The translations under genes were made by a program, and so were the position numbers. From an uncultured Gemmatimonadales bacterium (lineage in GTDB: Bacteria > Gemmatimonadota > Gemmatimonadetes > Gemmatimonadales > JACORV01), in contig CAWIFL010000002.1 of NCBI GenBank assembly GCA_963835535.1, positions 582,405 to 646,404 of the forward strand: a DNA stretch of 64,000 nucleotides, given 5' to 3'. The notes below the pieces were generated by a model. It saw nothing but the letters and a program-made list of their open reading frames with translations. It was not told the origin of the DNA and made no database searches. Of the stretch, positions 62,361-64,000 are shown piece after piece. How positions within the stretch are numbered: position 1 is the stretch's first letter; each line of letters starts with the position of its first letter.

Positions 62361-64000
62361 TCATGGCCCTGGAGTCCCCCGCAGGAAGCGGAACCACGCG
62401 GCCGACGAGTCCCGCGCCACCCAGGCCGTGCGGCCGTCGAGCGCCGCCGCGACCGCGCCCGCGCGGCGGACCTGCGAGCGCCCGAGCGCCAGAGCGAAGC
62501 CCGGCAGGACCGTGCAGCTCCCTCGCAGCGCGGGAGCTTCGCGCGCCAGCCGGGCCACCGCTGCCGCCTCCCGCCGGGCGAGCACCGGCATCAGCGCGAA
62601 GTACGACCGCACGCCGGCGAGCGAGACGTCCGCGGGCCGCCCGTCGGGCCAGACCGTCGCGAAGCGCTCGCGGGGCGTCGCGCGGCGGAGCGTTTCGGCG
62701 CTGTCCTCGCCGGTCAGAAGGGCCGCGCACACCGTGCGGGTGAACAGCGCCGTGTCGCTCACGCCCCACGCCTCGAGAAACGGATACCAGTACGGAGTGT
62801 TGGGCAGCGCGAGGGTGAGAGCGAAGCGCGCCGGGCGCGGCACCGCGATCTGGACACCCCCTTCCGGCGGCACGCCGCCCAGCGCCGCCAGCCGCCGCGC
62901 GTTCTCCCACGCGATCGCCGGCTGGTCGCCCGCCGCCGCGAGCCCCCGCAGTGCCAGCCAGGGTCCCAGCAGCGCCGCTCCCGCCACCAGCACGCAGCCG
63001 GCCGCACACAACCACCGGGACCGGCGCGCCCAATGCCTCCATCCGTACCACGCCGCCGCAGAGTATGTCAGCGCCGAGAGCGGACCGAGGGCCATGTCGT
63101 AGTGGTGGCTCTGGACGTCCCAGCCGGTGATCGGGGTGTGCACCAGCACCAGCGCCCACGCACCGACGGCGGCGATGCCCAGCGCGCGCGCGGCCGGCGC
63201 GACGCGCCAGGGCGCCAGAGCGAGCAGAGCCGCCACTGCGGCGGCGAACCAGAAGCCGGCGTGCGTCAGGAAGACGGGCCGGCTGGTGCGGATGAAGCCG
63301 ATGCGCAGGGCATGCTCCACCAGGTCGTCGCGGCTCCCGACGCCGTTCAGCGCGACCAGGAGCAGCATCGCCAATCCCGCCGGGACCAGCCAGCGGAGCA
63401 CCGCCCGCCTCCGCGGGTGCACGAGGACCACCGCGACGGCGCTCGCCAGCGCGGTCGTCCAGTAGAAGAAGTACCCCGCGAGACCGAGCGCGGCGAACGC
63501 GCCCACTGCGACCGCGGCGGATGGGCGGCGGCCTCGTGGACCGGCCGAACGCACCAGCACCAGGAGCACACCGGCGAAGAACGGGAGGAGGAAGCTGGGC
63601 GTGTAGAGACGTGCCATCGGCAGCGACTCGGCATCGAACGCTGCCCACCGGCCCGTGAACAGGAGCACCAGCGGCTTGCCGTTGTAGGTCCCGGGATCGA
63701 GCAGCGCCAATGTCGCCGCCGCCGCGCCTACGGCCGGCGACGCGACCGCGGCGCCCACTCGAATCAGCAGGTAGGCGCCGGTCGCGCTCGCCGCCCACCG
63801 CGACAGGTCGGACCAGAGGCCCGGGGGAACGCCCAGCCGCAGCGGCAAGCCCACGAGCTGCGGCAGCATCCAGCCGTAGGGGCTCGAGGCCTGCCGCCAC
63901 TCGCGATCGAAGGGATCGGTGGTGGTCGGCGGCGTGGCCGCGGCGCGGCGCACCAGCGACGCGTAGAACATCTCGTCCACGGTGCCGTAGTAGCCTCCGG
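62361..64000 (-). CDS. polytopic membrane protein, probable GT-C-fold glycosyltransferase (N-terminus beyond the right edge)
   Basis: The frame stays open to the window edge (…GGYYGTVDEMFYASLVRR). The DE..Y motif sits in what would be the first extracytoplasmic loop, as in ArnT/PMT-type GT-C enzymes. Many TM helices are followed by a soluble C-terminal domain of about 170 aa. Confidence 0.55.
   Translation of the reverse strand, partial: GGYYGTVDEMFYASLVRRAAATPPTTTDPFDREWRQASSPYGWMLPQLVGLPLRLGVPPGLWSDLSRWAASATGAYLLIRVGAAVASPAVGAAAATLALLDPGTYNGKPLVLLFTGRWAAFDAESLPMARLYTPSFLLPFFAGVLLVLVRSAGPRGRRPSAAVAVGAFAALGLAGYFFYWTTALASAVAVVLVHPRRRAVLRWLVPAGLAMLLLVALNGVGSRDDLVEHALRIGFIRTSRPVFLTHAGFWFAAAVAALLALAPWRVAPAARALGIAAVGAWALVLVHTPITGWDVQSHHYDMALGPLSALTYSAAAWYGWRHWARRSRWLCAAGCVLVAGAALLGPWLALRGLAAAGDQPAIAWENARRLAALGGVPPEGGVQIAVPRPARFALTLALPNTPYWYPFLEAWGVSDTALFTRTVCAALLTGEDSAETLRRATPRERFATVWPDGRPADVSLAGVRSYFALMPVLARREAAAVARLAREAPALRGSCTVLPGFALALGRSQVRRAGAVAAALDGRTAWVARDSSAAWFRFLRGTPGP

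Overview
Very GC-rich (about 70% by eye) bacterial chromosomal segment; lineage not determinable from sequence alone. Positions 1-33,600 hold about 45 co-directional minus-strand housekeeping genes: xseA, folD, rny, zapA, pheST, the infC-rpmI-rplT operon, rex-arcA, rsmA, a STAS/kinase/PP2C partner-switching module, pta, coaD, rsmD, recJ, dnaG, mutS2, rpsU, hinT, rsmE, dnaJ, hrcA, hemW, dprA, obg and an asparaginase. About 19 gene junctions in the window are 4-nt ATGA/GTGA/TTGA start-stop overlaps. Positions 33,600-64,000 are a large surface-polysaccharide locus with Wzi, an HldE-type kinase, Wzx, Wzy, a WecA-like initiating transferase, about 10 GT4 glycosyltransferases, a GT-C-like membrane protein, five SAM methyltransferases, a deacetylase and a double-Kelch lipoprotein. 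Two tRNA genes interrupt it. No CRISPR array, rRNA, transposase or integrase was found. Four signals are not explained by ordinary annotation. (1) Families of 7-8 nt tandem repeats form dyad or G-rich arrays, both in intergenic DNA and in frame inside CDSs (asparaginase, hemW, dnaG). This resembles the in-frame palindromic-element insertions known from Rickettsia. (2) A 162-nt modular inverted repeat lies between rny and folD. (3) A 2-kb low-GC islet is bounded by a tRNA gene and a 20-nt copy of that tRNA's 3' end. (4) Several genes have conserved N-terminal motifs upstream of any ATG/GTG/TTG codon: infC ATT, arcA CTG and an FAD oxidoreductase with only ATC available. All calls rest on reading the supplied translations and the sequence by eye; no searches were run.
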